Below, in pieces: positions 38,056 through 50,683 of a stretch of 64,000 nt of DNA. The DNA comes from Balamuthia mandrillaris (Eukaryota). Every line of letters starts with the position of its first letter. The first letter of the stretch is position 1. Under the pieces are notes generated by a model, which was given only the letters and a program-made list of their open reading frames with translations, made no database searches and was not told the DNA's origin. The stretch lies in assembly GCA_031835245.2 (NCBI GenBank), contig JAVKOQ020000014.1, forward strand, positions 1-64,000, given 5' to 3'. The position numbers were made by a program, and so were the translations under genes.

Positions 38056-39850
38056 TGTTCTCTAGTTCTCTTCTCTCCTTCTCTTGTCCTCATTCTTCGT
38101 TCTTTCGTTCTTGTTATCTCTTTCTCTCGTTCTCTCCTCTTCTTCTCCTCTCTCGTTCTTTGTTCTCTTTCTCTTGTTCTCTCCTCTCCTTCTCGTTCTC
38201 TCGTTCTCTCGTTCTCTCGTTCTCTTCTCATCGTTTTCTTTCAATTCATAACTCAGGCTTTGTTGACTCCGAATTATTTGTACCTTTTGTTGGCCATAAA
38301 GCATTGCACCCCAAAAAACTTGGACCGGTTGGCCACCTCCCTGGTCATTCTTTTGGAGGCGACACAAAGAGGAGCGGCCATCGATGGGATGGAGGGAACG
38401 GGGATGATGAGGCTGCTTTGCTCTCTGCTCTCTTCCGTGTTTCGAAGTTTCTCTGCCACTCTTCCCTCTTCTGGTGAAAATGGTGCTATATTCTGTCTTT
38501 CCCTGCTGTTCTGTTCGTGCTATTTTGTGCTTTCCTCTCTGATTCTTATTTAAACTTATTTGCTTTCTTCCGAACACTACGATAGTTCCGATGAACATAG
38601 CTGCCTTTCAATCCACGAGTTTACTTTCAAAGCTAGTAACTAGATACTTCCAGTTTGTAAGCTCCCGCTATATCTCTCAAGTGATTGGAAAGGCACTCAG
38701 GAATATTCTGTTCAAAAAGAAAATGAAAGCAACAGCCAAAAGGAAAAAAGAAATGAAGGAAAGCGAAGAGAGAAGAGGAGCAATGGGGGAAGAAAAGCGT
38801 GCTAATGAGTTGATGGATGATTGTCAATATTTATTGGATTGTATCTACGAATCTGCGGAAGCGTGTCCATTGTATGCCTTGCTCTTCTTATCTGTTTCTT
38901 CGTCTTGCTGGTCTCGTTGTTGTCCTTCTTTCTAGTTCTTCTCCTTATTGTTTTGTTCAAAACTAACTCCATTTCCTTCATCCAAAAAGTGTTATACGTG
39001 CCACATGTGCTCACATATATCAGGAACTAAGCGAGGTTTTCCCAAACGACGAATCTGGAGTGCTTCAAGTGATCCACACCGTGTTTTTGTACAGATACAT
39101 GCTCCCTCCTGTCACTGATCCTGTGCGGTTCAGCCTTTTAAAAAGTTTGTTTCCTCCCTCCTCTCTTTCTCCTCTCTTTCTCTTCTCTCTTTGTGCTTCC
39201 GTTTCTCTCCTCTGTACTAGCTTCTCCTTCTTTCTCCTAGCTCTGTTTTCTCATTGTTCCCCTGCCTCCTTTTTGTTTCTTGGGTTAACCAATTAGGAGC
39301 AGATGTTGGCGACGATGGGTTTCAACGTTTGGTGATGATGGCAAAGACGATTCAGGGTCTATCTTCAAATAGCCCTGAACAAACGTCTGCCAGCTGTGAC
39401 GCCGCCAAACAACGGTTTTGGAGCCATAACGCAACGCAACTGAAATCTTTCTATAAAAAATTAATAGTACATCCATATGCCTCACTTGTATGCTGTGTTT
39501 GTGTTTCATATTCTTGTCTTGTGCTTTTCTTACCGTCAACAACAGACACTAACCATACCTTGACATAAAAAGCATGTAAACGAGCTCGCGAAGCCAGAAC
39601 AACATCCCAGTGCATACATCAGCGACTCTGCCCTTATCACGGCCACTCGCCATGTTCATCACTTCTACCAACAGCAAGCAGAGTTGTGCGATTGGGAGCC
39701 TCTTGTTTCGGTTTGTTTTTCTTCTTCGCTCCTTCTTTTGCGTGTTCTGACTTTTTCCGTTTGCAGTTGCTAAAGGACTCTTCGTTCATCGAACCACCCA
39801 CTATCAAGTCAAAAACCAAATCGAGTCATGACAGTAACAGCTGTCTACTT
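37295..39850 (+). CDS. F-box domain fused to a degenerate RasGAP-like domain; multi-exon, 3' end uncertain
   Basis: F-box DELALHVFGYV..VRLVCRHFHALSHEDALWRRLC. RasGAP-like FQSTSLLSKLVTRY, LLDCIYESAEACP, VFLYRYMLPPVTDPVRFSLL, LVMMAKTIQGLSS. Confidence 0.72.
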
Positions 39851-39880
39851 TGTTGAACTCACATCCATCATCATTCCTGT

Positions 39881-41308
39881 TTATATCACAATACCAATCC
39901 GTTGCACATAGCTTCGGTATTTTGCGACCACTTCATCCCAATACTCTCCTCCATCCCTCTCAAACCCCCACATGGCCAACCGCAAGATATTCAACTGCCC
40001 CCCACACCTCTTTATCAACTCTCCCTCCTCCTCTTCCTGCTGCTTTCTCTCCGATGCTGCCGCTCTCATGGCTCTCATCTCTTTCACCACACAAGAGGCG
40101 AATTCTGGTTTGACCGCATGAAAGTGAATGATGGCGGGTTCAAGTGCTTGAGACCAGAAGAGCGGTTGCGGTCTTCCCCAATAGACCCGGTAGTTATACG
40201 TGTTGGGGAGAGGGGAGATGAAGTTGCCGTTTGCACCCCATTCGAAAAAGTCCAAGAAGACGCCTTGGTCTGCCACATCATAGAACCAGCCTTTTGCGTT
40301 GGCATGCGCTTGCAGCTGGTTGTTTTGTGAGGCCAACCACCCATGCATGAAGAAAGAAGCAACGCAAGGGAAAGAGGTTACCTCTTGGGAGACGGAAGCG
40401 TAGGCAGACACGTTGAGGTAGAAGACGCCAGCGTTCTCAGGCACACCGTTGAAGCCCGCATCGGGGGCCATGCTGAAGAACCTCGGTTTGGGCAGGCTGA
40501 TGGAGTTGAGGTCTTTCTGGAAGATCACGTCCGAGTCTGTCCACAGCACGTAGTCCATGTCCACTTCCTCCGGGTCTTTGTGAAGGTTCACAGAGAACTG
40601 TTCGTTATGAAACGGAAGGGGTGAGAAGGAAGGAAGGCAGGAAGAGTACCAAATAACAGTGCAACTTCGTCCATGATCAGGTGCACGTCCACTTTCAAGA
40701 GGGAGCCCCACATCCCATCGATGTGAGGGGCCGTGCCATTCTGCAGTCTGAGCTGCTGCTCGAACGAAAGCTTATGAAAGACCACCGTCGCTCCAAGCTC
40801 TTTGACCCTGTTCAGAAACGAGTCTCTACCTCTCCAGTCGCCTTGAAGCACAAGCAGGGGCAGCATGGAGGGAGCGTTCTCTGTGGCAGAGAGCAAGGCC
40901 ACCAGGTAGCTCCGTAGGTAAAAGTCACTGGTCTCAACGAACTTGGACTTGGAGCCGTCTGGTTTGTTGCCAGAGGAAGAAGCGGGGCGAGAGGATAGCA
41001 TAAACCAGTAAAGTCAGCTTCAAAGATGGAAAGAGAAGAAACAACAAGGAGGAAGCATTAGGACCAAAAGTTTTGTCTTGCAAGCCGCTCACCCAAAGCA
41101 GTTTCTTCGCCTTGAGAAGCTCGTCCCTTCGTTCAAAGCCCACTGTCCCATCACCATCCATCTCTCCTGCCGCGTGACGCCGCTGTTCCGCCGCACCCTC
41201 CTCGCCGGCCTTGTTTAACGAACGTGTTGCCAGGCCAGCGAGGAAACCCAGGATTGTGCATAGGCAAACGACCATCCCCACGAACAGCCACCGCTGCATC
41301 AGGCCCAT
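39881..41308 (-). CDS. GT8-like glycosyltransferase, paralog 2
   Basis: YVLWTDSDVIF, DQGVF, YNYRVYWG, IIHFHAVKP; C-terminus near-identical to paralog 1 (WGFERDGGEYWDEVVAKYRSYVQR). Confidence 0.8.
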
Positions 41309-41491
41309 CGTTCTTGTCTGCTTTCTTCTCTCCTTTTCTGTTGTTGAATGAAACGTCACCCTCTATACAGGACGTCCTGGAAGAAAACGAAACTCAGGTT
41401 TATCCATCTTACACGAGACGACCACCTCTTGGGGGAAGAGGGAAGGCATGGTAAAGGCAAGGAACAAAAGGAAACTTGGTCATTGTGATCT

Positions 41492-42991
41492 TCATTCCAA
41501 CCTTGTTAGTGCCTTTATGTATCTTCGATACTCATCGCCCACCTCATCCCAATACTCTCCTCCGTCCCGCTCGAATCCCCAGAGCACCAGCTCCAGGTCG
41601 CCTGAGCGACCCCCACACTTGCCCAAGATATTCCCGTGGTTCAGCTCTTTCGTTTTCTCCTTCTTCTTGACTTTTCGCAGCTCATGTACAGCACATACCG
41701 AAAACTCGGGCTTGGGTCCTTGAAAGTGAAGGATGCTGGGAGCCAAAGGTTGAGACCAGAAGAGAGCCTGAGGTCTTCCCCAATGGACTTTATAGCTGAA
41801 AGTGTTCGGCAGGTACGAGATTAAGCTGGTGTTGCCAAACAACTCCTTGAAAAGCGTGTCAGCTGACGGCGGTGTAACGTGCCAGGTCTTGCTGTTAGCG
41901 TATGCTATCACCTGTTTTTGCATCATGCCATTAAAAAAGAAGGAGACGAAGGAGGAGAAGAACAAGTACAAGAACAAGTGGAAGTAGAAGTAGAAGAAGA
42001 TAAACAACACTTCATTTTAAGTATGTTACCCACCTCTGGAAAGACGAAGGTGTAAGCACTGACATTAATGTATGTCACCCCAAAGTCCTCTGGCTTTCCA
42101 TCGAAAGCAGCTGCGGGGGGCAAGCTGAAGAGCCTTGGTTTAGCGATGCAGTTGGCGTGGAGGTCTTTTTCGAACATCACGTCAGCGTCTGTCCAGAGAA
42201 CGTAGTTCATGTCCACAGTCTCTTTGTCTTGCTCATGAGCGGTTTAATTCAGTTTGGAGTAAGTGAGAGCAAGAGGAGTTTTGGAAGGCTCTACATCAGG
42301 AAGCTTTACCAATCAAAGTAGCAATCTTCTCCATGATGAAGGGCAAGTCCATTTTCAAGAACGAACACGAAAGGTTGTTGGTCTGAGGGTGCTTGAATCT
42401 ATGCTTCTGCAACTCCTCCTCGAAGGATAGTTTATGTGATAATACCACTCCGCCTAATTGTTCAACAGTGTTGATGAAAACTTCTCTTCCGTCCCAATCG
42501 CCTTGAACGATGACCACCGGTAGCACCGACGGCGCCTTTGCCCTGGCAGACTGAAGCGCCACAAGGTAGCTGCGAAGATGAACGTCACTGGATCCATCAA
42601 CAGAGGTCCTTGATGTTCCTTCTTGACAGACGTGGTTATATCCAAGCGTGAACAGAGCAAAACCAAACCATTGGGAGAGATGAATTACAGAGAACAAGGA
42701 TAACAAAGGAGGGAATATACCGTCCACTTTGGCTTGTAAACCGCAGAGCCACAAAAGCCTTTTAGGTTTGAGCAACTCTGCCTTTTTCTTCTGTGGTGCT
42801 TCCCTCCAGTTGCTTCGCGTAATCTTTGGTCTGGACCTACCATCCTGAAGAGCAAGGATCAGCGCCCAGCGCCCCTCCTGCAGCCGTTCTTCTCCACAAG
42901 TCTTGGAGACTTCCACGCCGACAAGGAAACCGACGTACAAACAGACGCTCGCCAACAACCCAACCAGCAGGGACTGGCATGCACTGGGCAT
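41492..42991 (-). CDS. GT8-like glycosyltransferase, paralog 3
   Basis: YVLWTDADVMF, FSYKVHWG, ILHFQGPKP, WGFERDGGEYWDEV; exon layout similar to paralogs 1 and 2. Confidence 0.78.
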
Positions 42992-43220
42992 TATTGTTCT
43001 TCTTTGATCTCGACGGGTACTTGCCCGATCGGGTTTTTCCTTTTCAATATATCGGAGTTTTAAAAAACGAATTTATTCCTGGAAAAAATTGTCGACATAA
43101 ATTAGCATCCAATCATTAATCATATGTACTTACTTCCAATAAAATTTCAAACAGTGCAATTTCTTAATTTAAGAAACAGCAAGAAACGAACTGCAAGAGA
43201 ACTTTTCAAGTTCGCGCACC

Positions 43221-44930
43221 ATGCAGCAGGCGCGAGGCTTCGAGGAGGACCTCCCAACGCAACTCGAATACTATGACGAGCATCAAGGGGACAGCAGCAT
43301 TGCTCATGTCCTTCCGCGCTCCCGTTTCAGAACGGTGCTGCTCAGCGCGTTGCGTATAGCGGGCATCTGCCTGCTTCTCCTCCTCTCCACCGCCTTTGGC
43401 TTTGGGTTCAACGGCGCCTTCCCTCTTCTGGCCTTCCTCCAAGTGGCCCTCGCCCAGCTGCTCCTCCTGCATGCCCATCCCGACCGCCGCCACGAGAGCT
43501 GGTGGTGGACCGTCAGCAAGTTCTTCCTGCTTTGGCTCTGCCTCACCTTTGCCTACTCTTTCGGCTTTGCTGGCTCCTTTCGCTTCGACCCTGAGGACGC
43601 CTCCAGGAGCTACGCCATCGTGTTGGGCATCTGCGCTGTTGTTTGCCTGGGCCTCGCCTTGCTGGTCCACCTGCCGTTCTATCGAGCATGGACCCGCTTC
43701 CAGGATCAAAGCAACGCCTTGGGACTCCTCCTTCTCTCCTTGGTCCTGCCCACGCTCTACACCACGTACTGGTTCTTGATACAGAGGCTCCTGCCCATCG
43801 GAGACTTTGTTCATCCGGCCTACTCCCAGCTGAGCTTCCATTCGTTCATCATGTTTGCTGCCTTCTTTGGCCTGTCTGGCGTGGCTTTCGTGATGTGCTG
43901 GTCCAGCTTTGCCCTGTTCTGCGTTGGATGGTCGGAGCTCAGAGGCAACGATGAAGAGGAGAGGAAGAAAAGGTTCTTGCTGATGATTGCGGTGGCAACG
44001 ATCGTGTTGGTGGGCGCTTGCACTTGTGGTTCCTTTCAAGCGTTGGCGGCCAGTGGCAACTTTTATCAAAAGGACATCGCCAGAGATTCCATCGTACAGC
44101 AGCAGTTCAAGGTCGGATGCATCATCAACGGAGACTATCAAGCAACGAAACAACTCTTAACCAAAAGCAACAGCAATGAAGCAGGAGAAAAACCTTACTC
44201 GTTCGTGCTTTGGAGCGAGGGCAGCACCAGTTTGTGGAGCGGCCAACAGGACACCTTCCTGCCAGAGCTTCAGGACCTGGCACGAGAGACGCAAACCGTC
44301 CTCCTTCCTGCCTTCATGAATGGCACGAAAAATATGTTAGCCCTGATCAACGAACGAGGAGAGCTGCTCTACACCTACCAGAAGCGGCACCCAGTGCCAG
44401 GAGAGGGCATCACCCCAGGTCCAGGCGTAATCCACACCGCCACAACTGGCGTCGGAGCCATCGCTGCCGCCGTTTGCTTTGACCTCAACTTCCCTCACTA
44501 CATCTCTGACCAAGTCTCAAAAGAGGCGCAGCTATTGGCGCAGCCCTCTGAGACTTGGGGGCCCATCGGGGAGTATCATGCAGGGACTAACGCGGTGCGG
44601 AGCATCGAGCATGGCTTCGTGCTGGTACGTTGCTCCTCGGAGGGCTACTCTGGCGTGTTCTCTCCTGACGGCAAGTGGAGTCAGTTGGTGCCGGATGGAA
44701 CCTCGGGAGTGTACTCCATGGTGGCTCCTTCTCGTCCCAGGAGAGTGTTCACGCTGTACGATGCGATTGGAGATGTGTTTGCTTGGTTTTGTGTGGCCTT
44801 GTCGGCTGTGTATGTGGTGGGGTTGGTGTTCATGCCGACGTCGGTGTTGAGGCGGATCCCTCACAAGTGGCTGCAGCGAAGCGCAGCAGGATGGAGCATC
44901 GCCGGCAGAGAAAGGGAGCACCTGCTGTGA
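43221..44930 (+). CDS. Apolipoprotein N-acyltransferase (Lnt)-like membrane nitrilase-fold protein, intronless
   Basis: Multiple N-terminal TM helices, nitrilase triad motifs VLWSEG (E), YQKRHPVPGE (K), AVCFD (C), RSIEHG, TLYDAIGDVF and a final TM helix. Confidence 0.85.
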   Translation: MQQARGFEEDLPTQLEYYDEHQGDSSIAHVLPRSRFRTVLLSALRIAGICLLLLLSTAFGFGFNGAFPLLAFLQVALAQLLLLHAHPDRRHESWWWTVSKFFLLWLCLTFAYSFGFAGSFRFDPEDASRSYAIVLGICAVVCLGLALLVHLPFYRAWTRFQDQSNALGLLLLSLVLPTLYTTYWFLIQRLLPIGDFVHPAYSQLSFHSFIMFAAFFGLSGVAFVMCWSSFALFCVGWSELRGNDEEERKKRFLLMIAVATIVLVGACTCGSFQALAASGNFYQKDIARDSIVQQQFKVGCIINGDYQATKQLLTKSNSNEAGEKPYSFVLWSEGSTSLWSGQQDTFLPELQDLARETQTVLLPAFMNGTKNMLALINERGELLYTYQKRHPVPGEGITPGPGVIHTATTGVGAIAAAVCFDLNFPHYISDQVSKEAQLLAQPSETWGPIGEYHAGTNAVRSIEHGFVLVRCSSEGYSGVFSPDGKWSQLVPDGTSGVYSMVAPSRPRRVFTLYDAIGDVFAWFCVALSAVYVVGLVFMPTSVLRRIPHKWLQRSAAGWSIAGREREHLL

Positions 44931-45061
44931 CCGATAATCCGATCTGTAGATGAAATCTTTGAATAACTATTGGCCAAGATTACATCTTTTGATTTTCCTC
45001 CAATAGAAAATCAGATCTCAAGATCAATATACATTTTTTTCTTCCAAGCAACAAAAAAGAG

Positions 45062-45781
45062 ATGGAACTGCCGAGGGAGCTGTTGGCTCTTGCGTTTGAG
45101 CATCTGGACGTGGAGAGCATTCTTGCCGCTTCGCTTGTTTGCGTTGAGGTAAGTGGAAAAAAAAAACACACACACCTTTATTCTCATTCACTGTTCAAAC
45201 GCAGTGGTACCATGTTTCAAACCAGCCGCCAGTTTGGTACTGTCTTACAATTTTTTTCAAACATCACTTCTTCATCTCTTTCGTGTTGTTCTTGTTCCTT
45301 CTTCTTTCTTCTTCTTCTTTCTTCTTTCTTCTTTCTTCTTTCTTCTTTCTTCTTTCTTCTTTCTTCTTTCTTCTTTCTTCTTTCTTGTTCTTCCTTCTGC
45401 TTCTTCTTGTTCTTCTTGTTCTCCTGTTGTTGTTGTTCTTCTTCTTCTTCTTCTTCTTCTCTTAATTTTAACAAAAAACAATATTTATGTATGTAAAGGA
45501 AACGAAAATGTAAAGAGGGAGTGAAGAAAGCGCAATGGAAGGCGTTGCAACTGTTGAAGGAGCAGGAAGGTCTCTCATGGAAAGAAACCTACCAGTATAC
45601 CGGTATTATACATGCTTTCTTTCTTGTCGTTTGGGCCGTTCTTGTCCTTGCTTTCTGTCTTGTCGTTTCTTTCTTTCTTTCTTTCTTGTCGTTTCTTTCT
45701 TTCTTTCTTGTCGTTTCTTTCTTTCTTTCTTGTCGTTTCTTTCTTTCTTTCTTTCTTTCTTGTCGTTTCTTTCTTGTCGTT

Positions 45782-45853
<72 letters not shown>

Positions 45854-46722
45854 TCGTGTCGATACCGCTAGCTTGAAACAACCAGTTCACCTCTTTCCCG
45901 AGTCTGCCATTTTGGGTGCTGCCGAGAAGAAAGCTTTGGGCGAATGGTTGGGCGACTCCGCTCCTTTCTGGCGGCTTCGCTACAGGGCCTCTCGTGACGG
46001 GTTCTCTCACAAACGCTTCCACGAGCTTTGCGATGACGTCGGTCCCACCGTTTGCATTGGAATCACCCATGCAGAGTACACGTTGTTTCTCTTTTTTTCT
46101 CTTTCAGCTCGTTATTATAACTAAGCAAACCACCGCCTTTCTAAACAAGGCCTAAAAGTTACGTTTATGGCGGCTACAACCCCAGCTCCTGGAAACTGAA
46201 CTCCAAACCGTCAGACCCCACAGACGAGGACCCGCACAACAGGACCTTCATCTTCTCCATGCACAACCCGCATGGCATTTGTCCCGTTCGCATGTTTCCA
46301 AAAAGAACTGGTCGTAGCCAAGCATGGTGTTATTCTCCTTCCTACGGTCCTTTGTTTGGCACGGGCTATGATCTGGGCATGATGAATCATCCTTGTACGA
46401 ATCTCTCTTCCACTCCTGTCTGGTCTCTTTCTTCTTTATGTGGCCTTTCTTTTGACTAGTGCTTCCTGCTTTGTCATTTATTTCTTGTTGTGTTCATTTC
46501 TTTTCTTTGCTTGGTCGTTCATGTTATCTTTTTCATCGCTTTGTGACCGACTTTCAATGTCCAACAGACGGGCATGACGACAGCGCTTGGTGCAGATTGG
46601 GAACAGCCTATCCTGTTCCCGAACAATACAAAGGCAACCCGCATCACTTTCTTGCCCCCACCAGAGAGTTCAAACTGGATGAAATGGAGGTGTACACTCT
46701 GCAGATGCCAAATCCTCAATAA
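45062..46722 (+). CDS. F-box + TLDc domain protein; multi-exon
   Basis: F-box MELPRELLALAFEHLDVESILAASLVC; TLDc LRYRASRDGFSHKRFHELCDDVGPTV, YGGYNPSSW, FIFS, YGPLFGTGYDL, FKLDEMEVY. Confidence 0.88.
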
Positions 46723-47091
46723 CCTTTATCTTACCTTTGTGGTATTTCTCCTTTACTTCCTCGTGGTGACTTTTTATTACTTTCTTCCAAACCCCACGCC
46801 TGAGGACCTCTTGGCTGCTCCGGCTAGCTAACAAGAGATGCATGTAAAGAATGCCTTTTCTCTTCTCTAACAATTGTAGAGGGAGCGAAGGAATATTATC
46901 GCTGTGATACTTTTATGTGGACAAAAAATCGGAATACCTATCGATAGCGTATTGCAATCATTGTCTACAAAAATCTCAACACCCCTTTGGATAGAGAGGA
47001 TACTTTTCTGTGGACAAAAATATTGCAAAACCTATCGAAAAACATATTGCAATAATTGTCTGACCCTTTGGCAAAGGAGAAGGGAAGAAGA

Positions 47092-48295
47092 GATGGAGAA
47101 GCCCAACCTTAGGCCACAACGAGGCAAGAAGGGACTCCATGGAGCCACGCACCGGAACGAGTTTGTAGGTTTGTGCCCAAAACAACACAAAAAATCAGTT
47201 TTGCTCTGTGCTTTGTTTGGTTTGAAACCTGAACAAAAAAAAAAAACAAAGATGTGGAGGCTAACCAACAAGAAATAATACGGTACGTTCGGTATCGGTA
47301 CCACAAGAAGACCAAGACGCATGTTCAAGTCCGAGAGGCCATTCCTGACGCGTTTGGCTTGCTCCCGGACAAAAGTACGCATTCTCCTCTTTCTTGTCTT
47401 TTATTGTTGTTTCTCTTTATTTTCTTGTAACGCTCGCTGTTTCTGCTGTGTCTTCTTCTTCTTCTTCTTCTTCTTCTTCTGCTTCTTCTTTTTGTCTACT
47501 CGTTCTTCTTGTAATTCTTGTTGTCTTATGTTGTTGTTGTTGTTGTTCTTGTTCTTGTTCTTGTTCTTGTTCTTCTTCTTGTTCTTGTTCTTCTTCTTGT
47601 TCTTCTTCTTCTTCTTCTTCTTGTTTTCTTCTGGTTCTTCTTCTTCTTCTTCTTCTTCTTCTTCTTCTTCTTCTTCTTCTTCTGCTTCTTGTTCTTCTTG
47701 TTCTTCTCCTTCTTCTCCTTCTCCTTCTCCTTCTCCTTCTCCTTCTCCTTCTCCTTCTCCTTCTCCTTCTCCTTCTCCTTCTCCTTCTCCTTCTTCTTGT
47801 ACCTTTCATTTCTTTCTTTTCAACCATGTTAGGCTACAGTGTAAAGAAGGATAACCGGTGGGCGGTCGTTGCTGAGATCAAGGACAAAGCTCAATATTTT
47901 CTGGACGCTTTTGCTGGTTCATAGTTCCTTCATTCTTGCCTTTCTTATCATTGCATTCTTTCTTTTCTTGTTTTGCTTACTTTCTGCTCTTCTCTCTTTC
48001 TTCGGCTCTGTGCTCTCTTCGAACACAGAGGACGAGAATGCAGTGCCACCAGATGAAACTGTGATCGTCTTGCTTGAGAACACTGCTCTCCACTTACCCA
48101 CTAGTGCCGTTCCCTTCATTCGCGTCACAGATTCAACCACAGTTCACTTTGCCTTTACTGATGACGATGACGAGGAGGAGGAAGAAGAGGAGGAGGAAGT
48201 GGAATATGTGATGAAGAAGACAAGAAAAGGACGTGATGTGGAGAAGAAACAAACAAAAGACGAGCGACGAGGAAGAGCAAAAGAAAAAGGTACAA

Positions 48296-48330
<35 letters not shown>

Positions 48331-48342
48331 AAACTAACTTAA
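47092..48342 (+). CDS. Hypothetical small multi-exon protein with acidic/basic tail
   Basis: Short coding-like exons between pyrimidine-rich introns (e.g. GYSVKKDNRWAVVAEIKDKAQYFLDAFA; EDENAVPPDETVIVLLENT); no family recognised. Confidence 0.4.
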
Positions 48343-49048
48343 AATATTCCATTGACTTTAACAGAAGTAACCCACAAAGGAGAAGTGCTGGTCTACTTTT
48401 TGAAAGGAACAAAGAAAGGCAAGAAGCAGGTCATAGGCTATTCTGATGCGCGGGAAGGTTATGTGCGCTCCAAAAAGAAAAAGAGCTTGCTTAACAACGC
48501 ACTCGCTTAAAGCCTCTCTAAGGAAGAAGTAGCGGTAGAATGGATAGCGTCTGGTTCTGCTGTGTCTTATTTTATTCTTGCTGCTTTTCATCCTCAATGT
48601 TGTCAAGCATCTATCAAAAAATGCTTGTTTCCTTGTTGTGGTTCCTCCTCTTCTGCTGGGTGGGTAAGCAAGGGGTCGACTCTCATAAGCTTTCTCTCTC
48701 CTCATCTTCCTCAATGGCCTTCCAGAAGTTGTTTCTCGCCAGTAGCACTTGTTGGGTTGGTTAGCCAACAAAGGTCTCTCTTTGCGGCGAACGACCAAGC
48801 TCCACAGTTGACAGCCAATGCATGGGAGTCCAATAGATACGAGCATAGATAAGAGATAAGATTGAGGAAATAACAGTCGACATATAATAAATTATATTGA
48901 CGACATGAAAGAAAATCTTTACTGTCGACATAAGGTTGCTCCGTCGGTTCGAATCTCAGTCCAAACATCTTGTTTCTCGCCAAACATTTTTACAAAAAAT
49001 CGAGAATTGTTGCCACAAAATATCGATAAATTCATCCTACTGACGAAG

Positions 49049-50683
49049 ATGAGAAGGGAGGCAACGAGCGCGTTGTTGTGTGGGCGGCAGCGCCTTGGTT
49101 CCTCCGGTCGGGCCTCCATGCATTCCAGCTTCCTCAACAAGCCGGTAAGTTCAACACCTTTGCTTTTTTTTTGGGGGGGGGGGAAGGGAGTGTGATGACG
49201 ACGAAGCTAATGATAATCGTTTGATTGGGCGGGAAGAAGCGCTTCTTTCATGCCTCCTCTGCTGCCCTGCTCGCTCAACCACCCCCGCAACAGAGCAAAC
49301 AAGAAGGGGAAGAAGCAGAGGAGCTCGTCACGGTGGAGAGGGACCAAGGCGACGCCCACGTGGCCATCGTCCACCTGAACCGACCCCACAAGCTCAACGC
49401 GCTGACGGTGGAGCTGGGCGAGACCTTTCAGGCCAAGATGGCGGCGCTGAGGGCGGAGGGGGAGGCCAGCCGCTTGCGCTGCGTGGTGCTGACGGGGCGG
49501 GGCAAGGCCTTCTCTGCCGGCGGGGACCTGGACTTCCTGTGGAAGCGGACGGAGAGCGAGGCCGTTGAGAACACCGCCACCATGCTCCAGTTTTACAAAC
49601 GGTTTACTTTTTATTCTTTTCTTTTCTTTTTTCTTTTTTCTTTTTTCTTTTTTCTTTTTTCTTTTTTCTTTTCTTTTTTCTTTTCTTTTTTCTTTTTTCT
49701 TTTTTCTTTTTTCTTTTTTCTTTTTCTTTATCGTTTTCTTTTTATAAATCTTTGTTTCTTTCCATTTCGCTTCATCTATTTTCTTTTCTCTATCATCACT
49801 TTTCTTTTCTTTTCTTTTTTCTTTTCTTTTTCTTTCTTCTGTTATGTTGTTCCCTATCTGTTTCATTCTCCAACAAACAACAAAACAACAATGCAGGTTT
49901 TTGTCGGTGCGTGACTTGCCGGTGCCCGTGGTGTCGGCAATTAATGGCGCGGCAGTTGGCGCTGGTTTGTGCTTGGCGATGGCCACTGACATCCGCATCG
50001 CCAGCGAGGATGCCATTCTCAGCTGCAACTTTGCGAAGCTGGGCTTACATCCTGGTTTGTGAAGTTCTTTTTATGTTTTTGTTTGTTTTGTGCTGCATGC
50101 ATGTTTGCTTTTAAGTTGCTCATTTCTTTGTCCATCTTTTCTTTATTCTTCCTTTTTTCATGTTACTGAAGCGTTTTTAAAATAATAATAGGATTGGCCG
50201 CAACTCACTTTATGCCTTTGATAGTGGGACCTCAAGTTGCAGCTTCCCTACTTTATGTACGTTCTTTTTCTCCTGCTCTTGTGCTCTCTGCTCTCTGCTC
50301 TCTCTCCTCAGCTCTCAGCTCTCCTCTCTTCCCTCTCTCGTTCTCTTCTTGTTATTCTCTCTTTCTCTGGTGTTCATTCTTGAAATGAATTATAGACAGG
50401 AAAGAATATAACTGGAGCAGAGGCCAAACGTTACGGCCTCGTCTTGGACGCCGTGCCACGAGCACAAGTCATGGAGGAGGCTCTGAAATTGGCGAGAGAA
50501 ATAGCTGCTTCCTCTCCCTCCGCCGTTCGTTTGTTGGTAAGAACGTTGCGGACTAAACAGAATGAAGGCTTGGAGCGAGCTCTAACGAGAGAAGCGGACG
50601 GACAAGCGCATAGTTATGCCTCGGCGGATTTGAAGGAAGGCTTGCAGGCCATCGCTGAAAAGAGGAAGCCAATTTTCTTGTAA
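49049..50683 (+). CDS. Enoyl-CoA hydratase/isomerase (crotonase) family protein, probably mitochondrial
   Basis: [77 protein letters not shown]; Arg/Ser-rich leader. Confidence 0.93.

Noticed and set aside
48358..48852. Overlapping short ORFs upstream of the enoyl-CoA hydratase
   Set aside because: No consistent frame or motif.
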